DNA of 63,011 nucleotides, filler included, from Octopus bimaculoides (lineage: Eukaryota): NCBI RefSeq assembly GCF_001194135.2. It is 4 parts of 4 records of this genome, joined end to end, with 100 filler letters (N's around TTAATTAATTAA, not from the genome) between each part and the next. Parts side by side here need not be neighbours in the genome. Positions count along the whole stretch, not along the records: positions 1 to 30,475 come from NC_068989.1; 3 more parts are not named here. One strand, written 5' to 3'. A program made the translations under genes and the position numbers. The notes beneath the pieces were generated by a model. That model did no database searches. It saw only the letters and a program-made list of their open reading frames with translations, and had not been told where the DNA came from. Shown here in pieces: positions 1 to 13,093 of this stretch (positions within the stretch are counted from its first letter, which is position 1; the number at the start of each line of letters is the position of its first letter).

Positions 1-1103
1 ATATATATATATATATATATAATGAGAGAGAGAAAGAGTGAGAGAGATAAATAGTGGGAGAGAGAGGGAAGGAGAGCAAAGAGAGAGGGTGTGTGAAAGA
101 GAGAAAAAGAAAACAAATGGGGTTAAAATTTATGACAGCTGTGTGGGTAGAATCTTTTGGACGTATTCGGAAATTACATCTTCAGGTAATTGCAGCTTCA
201 GGTAAATTTTTAAACACATAAGATGTCAAACAGGTGAGAAGTAAATACAGTGCATGTATCTTTTTCTCTATATTATAAACGCACACACACTCACTCATGC
301 ATATATTGAGTGTGTGTGTGGGCGGAGGGGTTTGTGTGTATGTATGTATGTATGTATGTATGTGTGTGTACGTTTGTGAACCCCATTGAGTTCAGCACAT
401 AGCATTTTCAACGTCAGTAATCTATTTCGATTACCATTAAAAAGCATGGGAAAAACTTCGTGTTTGCGGGCATTATCTACAGACTAGAGGTTTACCAGTG
501 AAACGGTGGGTAACTTTAGAAGTACACATTCTCACGACAGGTAATATCTGCAAATATGACTTATATACAATAAATAAAATTCGACTTTTATCAAATTTCT
601 TGGCGCTTATACAAAGTGAATTAAATACTAATTTTCAAAACAAAAATTATTTGTCATCGTAAAATAAATCGTGACTGGAGAAACCGACAAACCGAGGAAC
701 GAACGAACCAACGAACGAACCAGCCATCCAGGGTATATATCGACAAATATTAAATAGATTCAACCGCTAATAAGATCTAGCTGGTTTATAGTCTGGTTAT
801 GTTAATCCTCATAACTTAATCTTGACAATTTAAATATGGTGTATTTATGGTTCCAAAGAGTGTACAGTTTTGAATTTGAAATCTCAATTCAGTTAATCTT
901 GTTTGTAAACGTTCCAGGCTGTCAAGTAAACTACATACAAACTCACTGAAAAGTTGAATGAAAAGATGTATTTTTGTTTTTGTTTTTGAGTGTATTCTGC
1001 GTCACATTTGTTGATCAGACATTCTCGACTGTGACATTAGTTTACAAAAGATGTTTGTATTGCAGTGTTTTCACTTTTTAATATCATCATCATCATCATC
1101 GTT

Positions 1104-1137
<34 letters not shown>

Positions 1138-1236
1138 TCATCATCAGTAGGAGCAACAACAACAGTAACAGCAGGAGTAACAGCAGCAGCAGCAGCAGAA
1201 GAAGAAGCTACAGTAGCGTAGTAGTANNNNNNNNNN

Positions 1237-1273
<37 letters not shown>

Positions 1274-1382
1274 TACTGAAAGCAGCGTATTCAGTGAGAC
1301 TGTGGGCACAGAACACTCTCCGGTTTCCTGCGCTTCCTGAGTTCAAATGCTGGCGTGAATAGTCAAGCACTCAAGTCAGCTA

Positions 1383-1537
1383 CTTCTCCCTCCCTCCCTC
1401 TCTCTCTCCAGCTCTCTCTCTCTCCAGCTCCCTCTCTCTCTCCAGCTCTCTCTCTCTCTCCAGCTCTCTCTCTCTCCAGCTCTCTCTCTCTCCAGCTCTC
1501 TCTCTCCAGCTCCCTCTCTCTCTCTCTCCAGCTCTCT
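1383..1537. repeat. Compound CCAG(CT)n minisatellite running into an N gap
   Basis: Directly visible. Confidence 0.9.
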
Positions 1538-2549
1538 NNNNNNNNNNNNNNNNNNNNNNNNNNNNNNNNNNNNNNNNNNNNNNNNNNNNNNNNNNNNNNN
1601 NNNNNNNNNNNNNNNNNNNNNNNNNNNNNNNNNNNNNNNNNNNNNNNNNNNNNNNNNNNNNNNNNNNNNNNNNNNNNNNNNNNNNNNNNNNNNNNNNNNN
1701 NNNNNNNNNNNNNNNNNNNNNNNNNNNNNNNNNNNNNNNNNNNNNNNNNNNNNNNNNNNNNNNNNNNNNNNNNNNNNNNNNNNNNNNNNNNNNNNNNNNN
1801 NNNNNNNNNNNNNNNNNNNNNNNNNNNNNNNNNNNNNNNNNNNNNNNNNNNNNNNNNNNNNNNNNNNNNNNNNNNNNNNNNNNNNNNNNNNNNNNNNNNN
1901 NNNNNNNNNNNNNNNNNNNNNNNNNNNNNNNNNNNNNNNNNNNNNNNNNNNNNNNNNNNNNNNNNNNNNNNNNNNNNNNNNNNNNNNNNNNNNNNNNNNN
2001 NNNNNNNNNNNNNNNNNNNNNNNNNNNNNNNNNNNNNNNNNNNNNNNNNNNNNNNNNNNNNNNNNNNNNNNNNNNNNNNNNNNNNNNNNNNNNNNNNNNN
2101 NNNNNNNNNNNNNNNNNNNNNNNNNNNNNNNNNNNNNNNNNNNNNNNNNNNCAGATGTGAGAAGAGTCGTGGGGGACCACTCTAAAGCATTGCTTTCTCC
2201 GGATGTAGAGAACAGTGGGTCGAGAGGTGGAAACAACTTCGCATGCAAATACTCAAAAGCTAGTGAGAATGTTCAAGGATGAACTGACCTACAGCACAGT
2301 GTGGAACATAAAAGAAAAAGAGTAAAGCAGCTGCAACAGCAGAAGAGTAGCAGTGTTTGTGGTCGAAGATGTTGGTGTTTACTTTGAATCAAACCTAACT
2401 CAACAGATATTCTCTGCAGTTTATTCATACTGTGATCATCCAGCATACCCATGCATATGTACATACGTACACACACACAAACACACACACACACACACAC
2501 ACATGTGTATGCGTGTGCGTGTGTACACATGTGTATCCATATATGTATG

Positions 2550-2646
<97 letters not shown>

Positions 2647-2702
2647 GCATATACATACACATATAAATGTATGTATGTATGTACATGTGTATTTATATAT
2701 CA

Positions 2703-3095
2703 TACTCTTTACTTGTTTCAATCATTTGACTGCGGCCATGCTGGAGCACCGCCTTTAGTCGAGCAAATCGACCGCAGGACTTATTCTTTGGAAGCCTAGT
2801 ACTTATTCTATCAGACCCTTTTTGCCGAACCACTAAGTTACGGGGACGTAAACACACCAACATCGGCTGTCAAGCGATGGTGGGCGGACAAACAGAGACA
2901 CACAAACACACATACATATATATGCATATACATATATACGACGGGCTTCTTTCAGTTTCCGTCTACCAAATCCACTCACAAGGCTTTGGTCGGCTATAGT
3001 AGAAGACACTTGCCCAAGGTGCCACACAGTGGGACTGAACCCGGAACCATGTTGTTTGTAAGCAAGCTACTTACCACACAGCCACTCCTGCGCCT
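2703..3095 (-). mobile_element. tRNA-headed SINE family A
   Basis: Head aggcgcaggagtggctgtgtggtaag...ggttcagtcccac (A/B-box-like), central microsatellite, tail gcagtcaaatgattgaaacaagtaaaagag; many copies in the window. Confidence 0.9.
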
Positions 3096-4919
3096 GTATA
3101 TACATTCATAAAAACATACATTCATATAATGCTTTTAATGCGCATGGCTGTCTCATGATCGATTACATGAAGCCCTGAGTGAGAGTGAACTCATCAGATC
3201 CTGCAACTTATTATTTTTCTTTACCTATAGTATTCCTCTGCAATTTTCGACACTTCGTGTTGCACTCAAATTCTTATATATTTGCACGCACGCACGCACA
3301 CACACACAAACATACACACACACAACACACACCACACACAAACACAATGTATGTATGTATGTACGTGTGAGTGTGTGTGTTTATTGTATATAGCAAAATA
3401 TACAGGCACTGTAATTTTTCGGAAAGGAATTCACATGTACAAATGTCGCTACGATAAAAGTATAAATGTTCCTATCAATTTTGAACTTGTCTTAAAAAGT
3501 CATGGTAAATATAGGTGCCGTACTCATATCCCACGAATGCCACGGCACAGTGATTGTAAAACTCAGCGTTAAAGAATCGTTTTTACACATTCCTTTGCCG
3601 AATATTTCACATATCCATCGAAGAATCAATAACCATACTCGTAAGATGTTGATGGCTTTAGTAAGACTGCGAGTTCTTTCTCATCTACGTGAGTGCAAAT
3701 ATATAAATAGGTATGTTCTAATTATTACTCATTCAGCCTGTACTTGGATCGATTCAATGGATTCCTCTTCCCCTTTAGAAATTTGTGGCCCCGTGCCAAT
3801 TTGAGACATCAATAATTCTTTCTTATTACTGGGATTCGTGTTTAATTAGTTCATAGAGTGAAAAGCTAATTTGGTTATTTAGCATTGCTTTGCAGTAGTC
3901 AATAGCGTCGGTCAACTTTCTAAGTTTAGATCTCATTTCACTACACTTTTCCACGTTGCTCTCTATGTATTGTAATTACTAGCAATATTCTATAAAATAT
4001 CACCCCCTGCTGCAATATTTAGGTTTTTGAGCTGTCAAAGATATTCTTTTTAACTGTACAGTGTACACCTTAATAATTATGCGTATTGGAAAATTAAAAT
4101 TACAGTATCTAGCAAAGTTTTATAATTACTCTTGTAATATATGTGCAATTCTAAGTAAATATTCTGGAAGCGAAATTAATAAAATTATTCATTCAAAATT
4201 ATGGGATAAAACATAGCTCATCCTCTATAATTATGAACATTTTTCTCTTCTTAATTAGTTTACAGCCCTGTAATTTATCTGTTTGTGTGCTGCAAGGTTC
4301 TTTACCAAATATCAAAGTTCCATCAATAATATTCAATATCCTTAAGCTATTTACTTCCATTATTGTACGATTTTTCGAATATTTTTCACTTTCAAAATCA
4401 CATTACAATCACTGCAATTTAGATAAATGAAATATTTTCGTAAAACATTTGCGAAAATGAAACAAATTAAGTCAAGTTGCAGGTTATATTTCAGAAAAGC
4501 CTTAATTAGTTGTTCGTTATAAGACTCACACCTTTGTCAAGTGTCTTTTGCATTCCAGTATAAAACTGGTACATAATTTATAGATATCCAGATTTCAATA
4601 GCTATTTGAAATATTCATTTTGTGTTTTTATAGCTCGTGACATAACACTTTCCAATGCGGTGAATTAGTGAAGACTTTGTGGTATTCTTTATATTTTCTT
4701 AGTTTCAAATATTTTCTGAGATCTTTCTGGATGGATCAATTAATAAATATCATTAAAATACTGGAGTAAATTTTACTCTTTTATTTCTCTCTCTGTAGAA
4801 TGTACCAGCAACTTAACCAATCCTCGTGACATACAGTCTCAGAGTTTTGGCTTGAGAATTATGTTTATGTCACACCTGTGAAAATTGAGTCACACTTTAA
4901 TTTCCCTATTAAGTATGCA

Positions 4920-5655
4920 GTTAAGTAAGCAACTGAGTGCTTACCATCGAATGGGACGGAGAATTCTTCAATGCACAATAAGGCGAACCGAGAACCTAAA
5001 TACCCGAATCTTTGTCCTCCTGCATCCACTCGCCCTTGTCCAATGATTGCACAACTGCACCAGCCAGCTCACATGTGTTTAGAACTTCAGATTCGCTGCT
5101 AATAACGCTATGTATCTCAATACCGAGATAAGTGAAGCAGTCAACATCTTCGACATTTCCAACTGCAACAGAGTCAGACGTAGTGGAGCCCTCCAAAAAA
5201 GCCAACGAAGGACTCTTGACCCAAGAAACTCTAAGGCCAAGTGCTTTTACTTTCTTGCTCAGTGAAAGGAGAGCACTCCTTAGGATATCTAGAGACTCAG
5301 CAAGAATAACTGTGTTATTAGTGAAATCTAGGTCGGTGGCCCTAGTTTAACTAATGAGTTCACCACTGCTCTTTCAAAGCACCATTCCACCAAGTATCAA
5401 ATTTATGCAGGCATCGAACAGAGATGGAGCCAAAACACAACGCCAACGACCCTAGGTATAACTAAAAAAGTCAGATGCTAATCCCCAACCCGAACTGCAT
5501 TGACTAATCCAGTATACCAGGCCATCATCAGCGCAATCAGTTGAGAAGGTATACATCAAGTTCCAGAATCTTACAAACCACATCCCTGTGCACAGAGTCG
5601 AACCCCTTGCAGAGATTGACGTTGGCAATTCGTTTACTCGTGAGTACAACGGAGA
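4920..5655 (-). mobile_element. Decayed RTE-clade LINE reverse transcriptase fragment
   Basis: Minus-strand translation with stops and frameshifts: ...DLCKGFDSVHR..., ...CVLAPSLFDAC..., TDLDFTNNTVILAESL (degenerate FADD), ...VEDVDCFTYLG..SSESEV; colinear RT motifs. Confidence 0.85.
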
Positions 5656-5715
5656 AAGAAAAACGTATCTTCTATTTTCGTTCTGTATAATGTATTTAAA
5701 GTAAAGATATGCATT

Positions 5716-6165
5716 AGAAATTTGTGTTGAGTCTTTCAGTATTTTGGAAACTTATTTATTCGTCAATTTACAACATCAGCAGCCTAGCATTGGAAATAGT
5801 GGGTATCGTGTTACCATGTCTGAAGCCTACTTTCTGACAGTTCTTTGATCACAGTCTGATACCAATTCTTGTCCTTGGAGACAATGAGCTCCTTCACTGA
5901 AGCTTCCAACTCCTCTTGATTTATGAAGCGGCGTGAGCGCAGTAAGTGACCCCGGATTATATGCTGGGTTTAGCATCAGTTCGATTCCTTCAAGTTCCTG
6001 GAGTTTATTCCGAGTCGTTCGAGTAATATAAGGCCTTGCGTTCTCATGCTGGAGATGGGTTTTCTTTAAACTATAGCCGAATATTTTTGTCGCACAGCAG
6101 CATACATCCGCTCCAGCTGTTCGAAGTAGAGGTTGTCATCAATAATTTGACCGTCCCCATGTTTG
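5716..6165 (-). mobile_element. Mariner transposase C-terminal remnant plus terminus
   Basis: Minus strand: GQIIDDNLYFEQLERM...ILQHENARP...ELEGIELMLNPAYNP (HDNARP and YSPDL-like), then EELEASVKELIVSKDKNWY. Confidence 0.8.
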
Positions 6166-6289
6166 GTGACACGTTCCAAAAGCGGGCCCATGCATAACCA
6201 CTGTTTATGCACGCTATCATTGCGGAAAAATATCTGCCACGGATTATTATTTGTATCGATTCGTGGCTTACCTTTGTTCGCAACCCTTC

Positions 6290-6505
6290 ACCAACCAAGC
6301 ACAGATGAAGTTTCAGGTAAGGATTTCTTCGTCTCAAAGGACAATAACGGATATCAGTGTGGGATCAAAGAACTGACAGAAAAGTGGCCACAGATGGTGC
6401 AACATTATGGTTTCTACTTTGAATGCTAGACTGCTTTTGAAATAGCTTGATGAATAAAGAAAATAAGTTACCAAAATTTTATAAGACTTTCGACACATCT
6501 CAATA
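6290..6505 (+). mobile_element. Second mariner 3' remnant, inverted relative to 5716-5920
   Basis: ORF 6163-6429 ends DFFVSKDNNGYQCGIKELTEKWPQMVQHYGFYFEC; aligns with the reverse complement of 5716-5920. Confidence 0.75.
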
Positions 6506-9319
6506 TTAGAGGGAAAAGAAGGACCATTGAATCTCTCAAATCCATTCCATCGGTACCTTGGGAATAACTTCATTAGATTAGCTCTTTGAAGAATCCTCAA
6601 ATCGTTTAGGTAAGGGATGGTGATTACTTGGGAATGTTGATATACAAGAGCATAGAGGTACATATATATACACATACATAGACTCACATACTCACTTATG
6701 TCTATATCCATGCATACATATATACATGTACATATACATGCACTTTATATATATATTCAAGAATCAATTTCCTTTAATCACTAGTTTTATGTCTTTCTCT
6801 CTATCACTATATTTAGCTATTTATCTATCAATATATCTATTTATCTAACGATGCAATATAATATAATCTATCTATCTGTCTATCTGTCTGTCTGTCTATC
6901 TGTTTATCATTATCTATCTATCTATCTATCTATCTTAAATATCTATCTCATTCTTTAATTATCAATATCTCAGTTTATGTTTCATTACATATGCATGTGT
7001 GTATATGTATCTGTGATCTTGGATATTATGATGAATATTCTGTACACGACAACCGAGGATGAATGATTAATGGAGTGAAAGGATTCTCCGTAGGGGTAAT
7101 AGTTGAACCATATCGCAAGTTTCTACTAAAACTGAATATATAAACATTTTATTTATTAGCAATAAACAACATCAACTGATAATCGGCAGTAATATTCAAT
7201 TGATGAAAATATAGCATTAGCAAACTAGAAATAGATTTATTGTGACAGCAGCTTTCGTTAATAAATATTTTGTGAATGGCACTAACACGAGCGAGTGTCA
7301 CCATTAGCCTTCATATCATCATAAGATTTATTTCATAATTTCTGATGTGAGCAGTAATTTGAAATACTTTAATATTCCGAGATGAAATCCCGAAGGGGTG
7401 TGTATCTATATATTTTCAAAAAGTAATGCTTTTTAACCTCAGATCAACAGCTTCTATGCAGGTCATTTAATTGTATTATATATATACATACATNNNNNNN
7501 NNNNNNNNNNNNNNNNNNNNNNNNNNNNNNNNNNNNNNNNNNNNNNNNNNNNNNNNNNNNNNNNNNNNNNNNNNNNNNNNNNNNNNNNNNNNNNNNNNNN
7601 NNNNNNNNNNNNNNNNNNNNNNNNNNNNNNNNNNNNNNNNNNATATATACATATATATACATATATAAATGTGTGTGTGTGTGTGTTTATATATGCGTAT
7701 GTATAGTGAGCGGGGCTATCTCTGCAATTTCTACACATTTCAAAGAAACACATTTACGACGTCATATCAGTTCTATACATTCAAACAGATTATTGCTAAA
7801 ATATTAAAATGCCCAGAATATTAAGATTAAACACGCAGTGAAAACATAAAATGTATTGAATATTCCATTTCGAATAGTGGGTAAAATATTCAGGATCTGA
7901 GAATAATTCAGCATATAGGAGTTGTACACCCTTTAACAATCGAAATCATTCTATATATAAATCTAATATTCTCTAAAAATTATTGTTATTGGCACTCACT
8001 CCAATGTTCTGGACATGTTAAGAACATAGCTATTTCGTATGCTATCATCCGCCTGTTATCTCTAACCACATACTCTTCATTTAGTTATAACTAGTTACTG
8101 GGCGAACGGTAGACTCTGAGCTAGTAACCTTTGCCCTTACACCATTGGCTTGCTTTATCTTGACCCCAGTATTACAAATCAGAAAGAAGAAACTGTGATG
8201 TACGAGCAAGTATTTCTACACTGCTTTACAAAATTAAATAATCGTGAATATTCTTACTTCCATATATTTTTATGCCTTTGAAATAGTTCTGATGGTGGCT
8301 TATCTGATGTTATATATACATTATATCATATAATGTCGTCAACGTAATTTTCTCTTCGTTTATATATTCACAGCAGTTATCATATATTGTTTTCATACTA
8401 CAATATCCTTTCTTTTCTTCTATTAATTTCAGCAAAAACAACGCACGTAGAGATCAGATCATGGTAATTTCTCTTAACTGTTTATACTATATAATTCTAA
8501 ATGTGTTTAAGCACTGATCTCGGTGTTACAGCATTTTCTTTATGGCTTTTGTAACTTTAGTTAATCAAATCTATAGCAACAGATAAAGAAGAAAAAAAAA
8601 GTATTTTAAATTAAGTTAATCATTGAAGTTTATAGTCAGCTTCATGAGTTTCATGACATGTTTGTTTATATTGATATTTATCTTAAAATCATATATCATG
8701 CTGTATTTGAAGCTCAATTAAGACAATAAACCGGAAGAATAAAATATTTCGCCAGACCAGCGTTTCTGAAATGATAACATCAATTTAGAGTGCTTAAGTA
8801 GCTCTGGTCGGAAATTTTAATACCAGAAAGATATTCTGCCAAGATCAAAGTTCGTCATTACAACAGTATCCATTATGATACGTGGAAAGAATTAAGATTT
8901 ATGACATATTTCGGAGTTTCTTTAGTAATTACAGAAAAGGAATTACACTAAGTAATCTGACATTACTTCTTTGGTCAGTCAAGAAAACGCTTAAACTGAT
9001 CTTAATTTCCGAAAGAGTTAAACAATGAACGGCCATTAGATGAATATATTCATCGGTGTTAAAAAGATTTCTAGTTCAATATTCAACATTGTTTTCTTGC
9101 GAAAATGAAGACAACGATTAAAATTCTCAAGTATTTTATAACCTTTAAATATTTTCTCATCAAGTGTTCTCATCACCTTTTAATATTTCCTAACGACGTA
9201 TGCACAATGCCTAGCATTGACTAATTCACTAAAATAGGTTTTCTTAAAAGAAAACATATTGTTAGAAGAATAAATTAAATTATATTTATAATTGTTGTTG
9301 TTTGCTTTGGTAGGAAGGA

Positions 9320-9441
9320 TTCTTCTTCTTCTTCTTCTTCTTCTTCTTCTTCTTCTTCTTCTTCTTCTTCTTCTTCTTCTTCTTCTTCTTCTTCTTCTTC
9401 TTCTTCTTCTTCTTCTTCTTCTTCTTCTTCTTCTTCTTCTT
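9320..9441. repeat. Pure (TTC)n microsatellite, about 40 units
   Basis: Directly visible; forms the (GAA)n 3' tail of the adjacent minus-strand element. Confidence 0.98.
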
Positions 9442-9940
9442 TGATGAAAACTCTTAGTTTATTTTGCTGGGTATGAGGGTAAGTGTCAACTGTCCACAGC
9501 CAGCAGACTAAGGTGACACTTGTTTACCGGTCATGCTTCAAGGACCCTGCGAAGAATTCTAGCAGTGCCAAATACTCCACTTATGTCTTGTATCATGGCT
9601 AGCAGTTGCTGGATTACGACCGGACCCACACAGCTGCACGGTGGAACAGCTGCCGGGTGCAGCACCATTACCATTGATTCCAGCCCCGTTCACACCGTTA
9701 TCGTCATCTATTTTGCTTGCCATTTTTACTCACAAATGAGGTGTATTTTTAGGTTACTACCAACCGGTATATATTTAGAGACACCAGCCCTATCAAGGTA
9801 GTTCGCCAAGGAGGCAGGGTCCTTTGTCCCCTGGTTTTTACTCAGAGTGTTCCTTCGGCCAAACTGCTTGCCATCCAAGGCTGACGAGTACAGTCTACCC
9901 GGAGTACTGATTATTTGAAGGCGCCTTTTCCCACTCTTCT
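9442..9940 (-). mobile_element. Short internally deleted non-LTR element, R4/Dong-like (RLE clade)
   Basis: Minus strand: ATG at 9723 gives MASKIDDDNGVNGAG...HDTRHKWS, joined out of frame to VFGTARILRRVLEA* (stop 9533-9531), the typical C-terminus of R4/Dong-type ORFs; short 3' UTR then (GAA)n. Confidence 0.7.
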
Positions 9941-10084
9941 TTTGGTTTGGCGAAGGAGTCGGGATTGACTTGCGCGAGCCATTGGTGCATTTTATAAGTG
10001 ATGTATGCTCAACTGCCCTCACCACCTCGGCATTGGCAGAAAGTAAAATCATTATTGCTATCATTCTTATCATTGAAACTGAGG

Positions 10085-10602
10085 GTCAAATATACGAAAC
10101 CCGGTATACCCATCACCTATCTGATAAGGGTACACGAAGTACATGCATAACTACTATATGTGTGCGACATAGCAATCTCATATTATGATATACAGCATAT
10201 GGACTTGCAGGTGGGGCAGGTTAGAATTGTTTCAGGTTGAGTAGCCGATCCCCGTCAAAAGGTCCCTAAATAAGGTTAAAGCATGTTTAAGGATGATGAA
10301 CAAAAGACCCATGTTTTCAAAGGTGAATTATCCAAACTCCAAAGAATTCCTTTCAACATATGGCTATGATGCACCCCCACTACTTCACCTCATGATCAGA
10401 GATGCACATATCATCGGCCACTAAGGGAAATGCTCAACCGGTGAAGGTCAAGCAACTGATAAGCAAATCTGTGGTATGTGCAGAATATTTGCTGTAGCCC
10501 ATCTTTTATACCAAGACAAAACAATATTCATGATAACACTTCCAATCAGTTAAGATCAAAAGCCACGAGAGCCACTGCCTGGTACTCCATCAGAGCATTT
10601 AC

Positions 10603-10680
<78 letters not shown>
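10085..10680. mobile_element. Non-autonomous repeat abutting a long (ATT)n tract, copy 1
   Basis: 10285-10600 aligns with 19925-20250 (ggatgatgaacaaaa...atgatgcacccccactacttc...gatcagagatgcacatatc...cagttaagatc); ends in about 25 ATT units. Confidence 0.8.
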
Positions 10681-11039
10681 ACAGTAAGGACGAAGAGCGC
10701 GAATCGATTGTAAGATATTTTATTGGTTGAACGATATTTCAACAGTAAATCTATCTTTGTCAAGTCCAAAATAAGAAGTGACAAAAATTCAAAATTATAG
10801 AAATTTAAACGTAAAGTATGAACGAGAGCAACCAGCATCCACACGTTGATAGAATGACATCATCAATTTTTAAGTTACAATTTTATAACAGGCGAAAAGA
10901 AAAAGACAGAAAAAAAACAGAAAAAAGACGATAGATAAAAAAGGAGAGAAAGAAGAATATTCAGTTAAACAGTTTTGTATAAATTTGATGATATTCTCCT
11001 GTCCTCTTATTCAATCCGCCAGGCCATGATGTTAATAAC

Positions 11040-11600
11040 CCGCAAACACATTCCTCCTCATACATTCTGAGTGAATTCCATCAGAAATCATAACATAGAT
11101 GTTATCATTTATACAGAAAATGGAACATGTAATGATTCCCATTTGGTGTACGCTGCAGAATGCACGAAGCACAACTTGATTTATGTTGGTCGTACAACAG
11201 AACAATTAAACGAAATGTTTCATGGTCACAGATTCGACCTCAGGCACAATAACAGTAGTTCGACAGAACTTGCTGAACGTTTCGTTTCAAGCGGCTGCAA
11301 TTTTGAAGAAGACTTGAAAGTGCATATTCTCAGAAAATATTCTGAATCGGCATCACTTTCACTTATCACAATGTATGAGAAGAAATATGTTTGCGAGTTA
11401 TTAACATCACACCCTGGAGGAATGAATAAGATGACAGGAGAATATCTACTGAGGCAAATGTAGCTGTTCATCCATCCAAGATCGACAAAATAATGTACTA
11501 GACAAGTACTTTGCTATTCTTCCTCTCATTGTCGACGAAGTACACACAATGTAGTTCTTGTACCGATTCTTTCGACAAACCACCATTCCTAAGGCTGATA
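11040..11600 (+). mobile_element. Penelope-like element GIY-YIG endonuclease remnant
   Basis: ORF 11071-11463: LVYAAECTKHNLIYVGRTTEQLNEMFHGHR (GIY-YIG and R-x-x-x-H-R pattern) and C-terminal LLTSHPGGMN typical of PLEs. Confidence 0.85.
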
Positions 11601-12805
11601 GTCTTATGCCTAAGTAAGCAATAATTATTATTGTTGCTGTTTATATTTCTATATTCAGACCCGCTTTTTTTTAAATATTATTTCTGCAATAAGTACTTAC
11701 GTTGAAACAAAGCATCGGTTGCATTTTGCCTTAGTTAATTGAAATGGTCAATGCTAACTCATTATTCTGATTTCAGATATTATTGTAAGTGCTTATATGT
11801 AGGACAGAGCATAGAGTATAATCAACTTCATGGTACAATAACGTCTTAGATGCTTTTCTGAGAGAGAGAACGTTTTTAAGTAGTTGCCCATCACAACAAA
11901 ATTAGCAACGAAAATCTTATTTAAACCTCACAGTTTCGTCTTAAGCAAAGAAGAGATACCGCGAAGAATGTAGATTCAGATTTGGTAGATACGAGTTGGT
12001 CACGGTTAGAATATATTTGTTTTATGAAAAGTCTGTTCAAATGAAGTCCAATCGTGAATTTCATAGCAACAACATCAGCAACATATCTCTTATTTTGAAA
12101 GATGACAGTGCATCTCCATTAGCGTTGCAGAAAATGTAAAGTTTTCCCTTTTATTTTAAGTATGATCACATTTTGGAATTAAGCTGGTTAAAATTTTTGC
12201 AAACAATAAATAATTTTGATGACAGCTTGTTAGGTTTGTGCAAGCATAGTTTGAAAGAAAAAAATTGAAACAGTACTTGAAAATATTTAATAACGCTATT
12301 TTAAAATAAGATATTTCATTGATGTCTGTTTTCATGAATTTATTCTCAATTTTGAAATTATTGTTTTATCTTTTGCTCTATTCTCATTTTTGCTTTTTGT
12401 CTTTTACTTATTTGTATATCTTCTATAAATTATAATTTATTACCTTAATTCAACAGCCATAAACCGATATAATGAATGGCCTAAGCTACTACATCTGGAC
12501 TCTCAAAATCGCTATTCGATTTGAGGCGTAATCTCATAATGTAATTTATTTCATTCATTAATTTGAAGAATTAATTGCATCGCAACGAATATAATCGATC
12601 AACCTCACGAGTTCTTATTGGCTTAAGAAACACCTGGTATCATCCACAATATTTAAACGAAAGCTTATTGGACGATGATTTTTCTTGCTAATGTAAATAT
12701 CGAAAGTCAATATTGTATAATTCTTTGAAATATCGATGTTGAAATCTAATTAAATAGAAAATAGGTGGGAATACTCTGGGTAAAAGAAACATATATGATA
12801 AATAA

Positions 12806-13026
12806 TACGAGGGGGCGCTGAAAAGTTCTTGGCTTCAAGGGTGTCGCGATATGACTGGCTGGAAGCCCAAACTTCCGAGTTCTTTCACAAGGTTTAGAAA
12901 ATGTTTTGGATCGCTGCAATAAGTGTGAAATTCTGAGAGGGGAACATGTTGAATATAAATCATAAATAACTGATCCTCCTGTATTTTCTTTTACCAAAGT
13001 CAGGAACTTTTCATCGGCCCCTTGTA
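12806..13026. mobile_element. Mariner-type MITE, copy 1
   Basis: TA-bounded TIRs tacgagggggcgctgaaaagttcttggctt / aaagtcaggaacttttcatcggccccttgta; internal remnant of a mariner C-terminus. Confidence 0.88.
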
Positions 13027-13034
13027 TTTTTGTT

Positions 13035-13093
<59 letters not shown>

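Noticed and set aside
1065-2799. Long ORFs of poly-I/V/S, YI, HT, CV or X in the ORF track (here and throughout the window)
   Set aside because: Translations of microsatellites and N runs; no domain content.
2960-3095. tRNA-like heads of SINE families as tRNA genes
   Set aside because: A/B-box-like motifs run directly into SINE bodies, and no complete cloverleaf is evident.
3390-4430. Patches of protein-like translation on both strands
   Set aside because: Short, mutually inconsistent frames with no recognisable family and no coherent splice chain.
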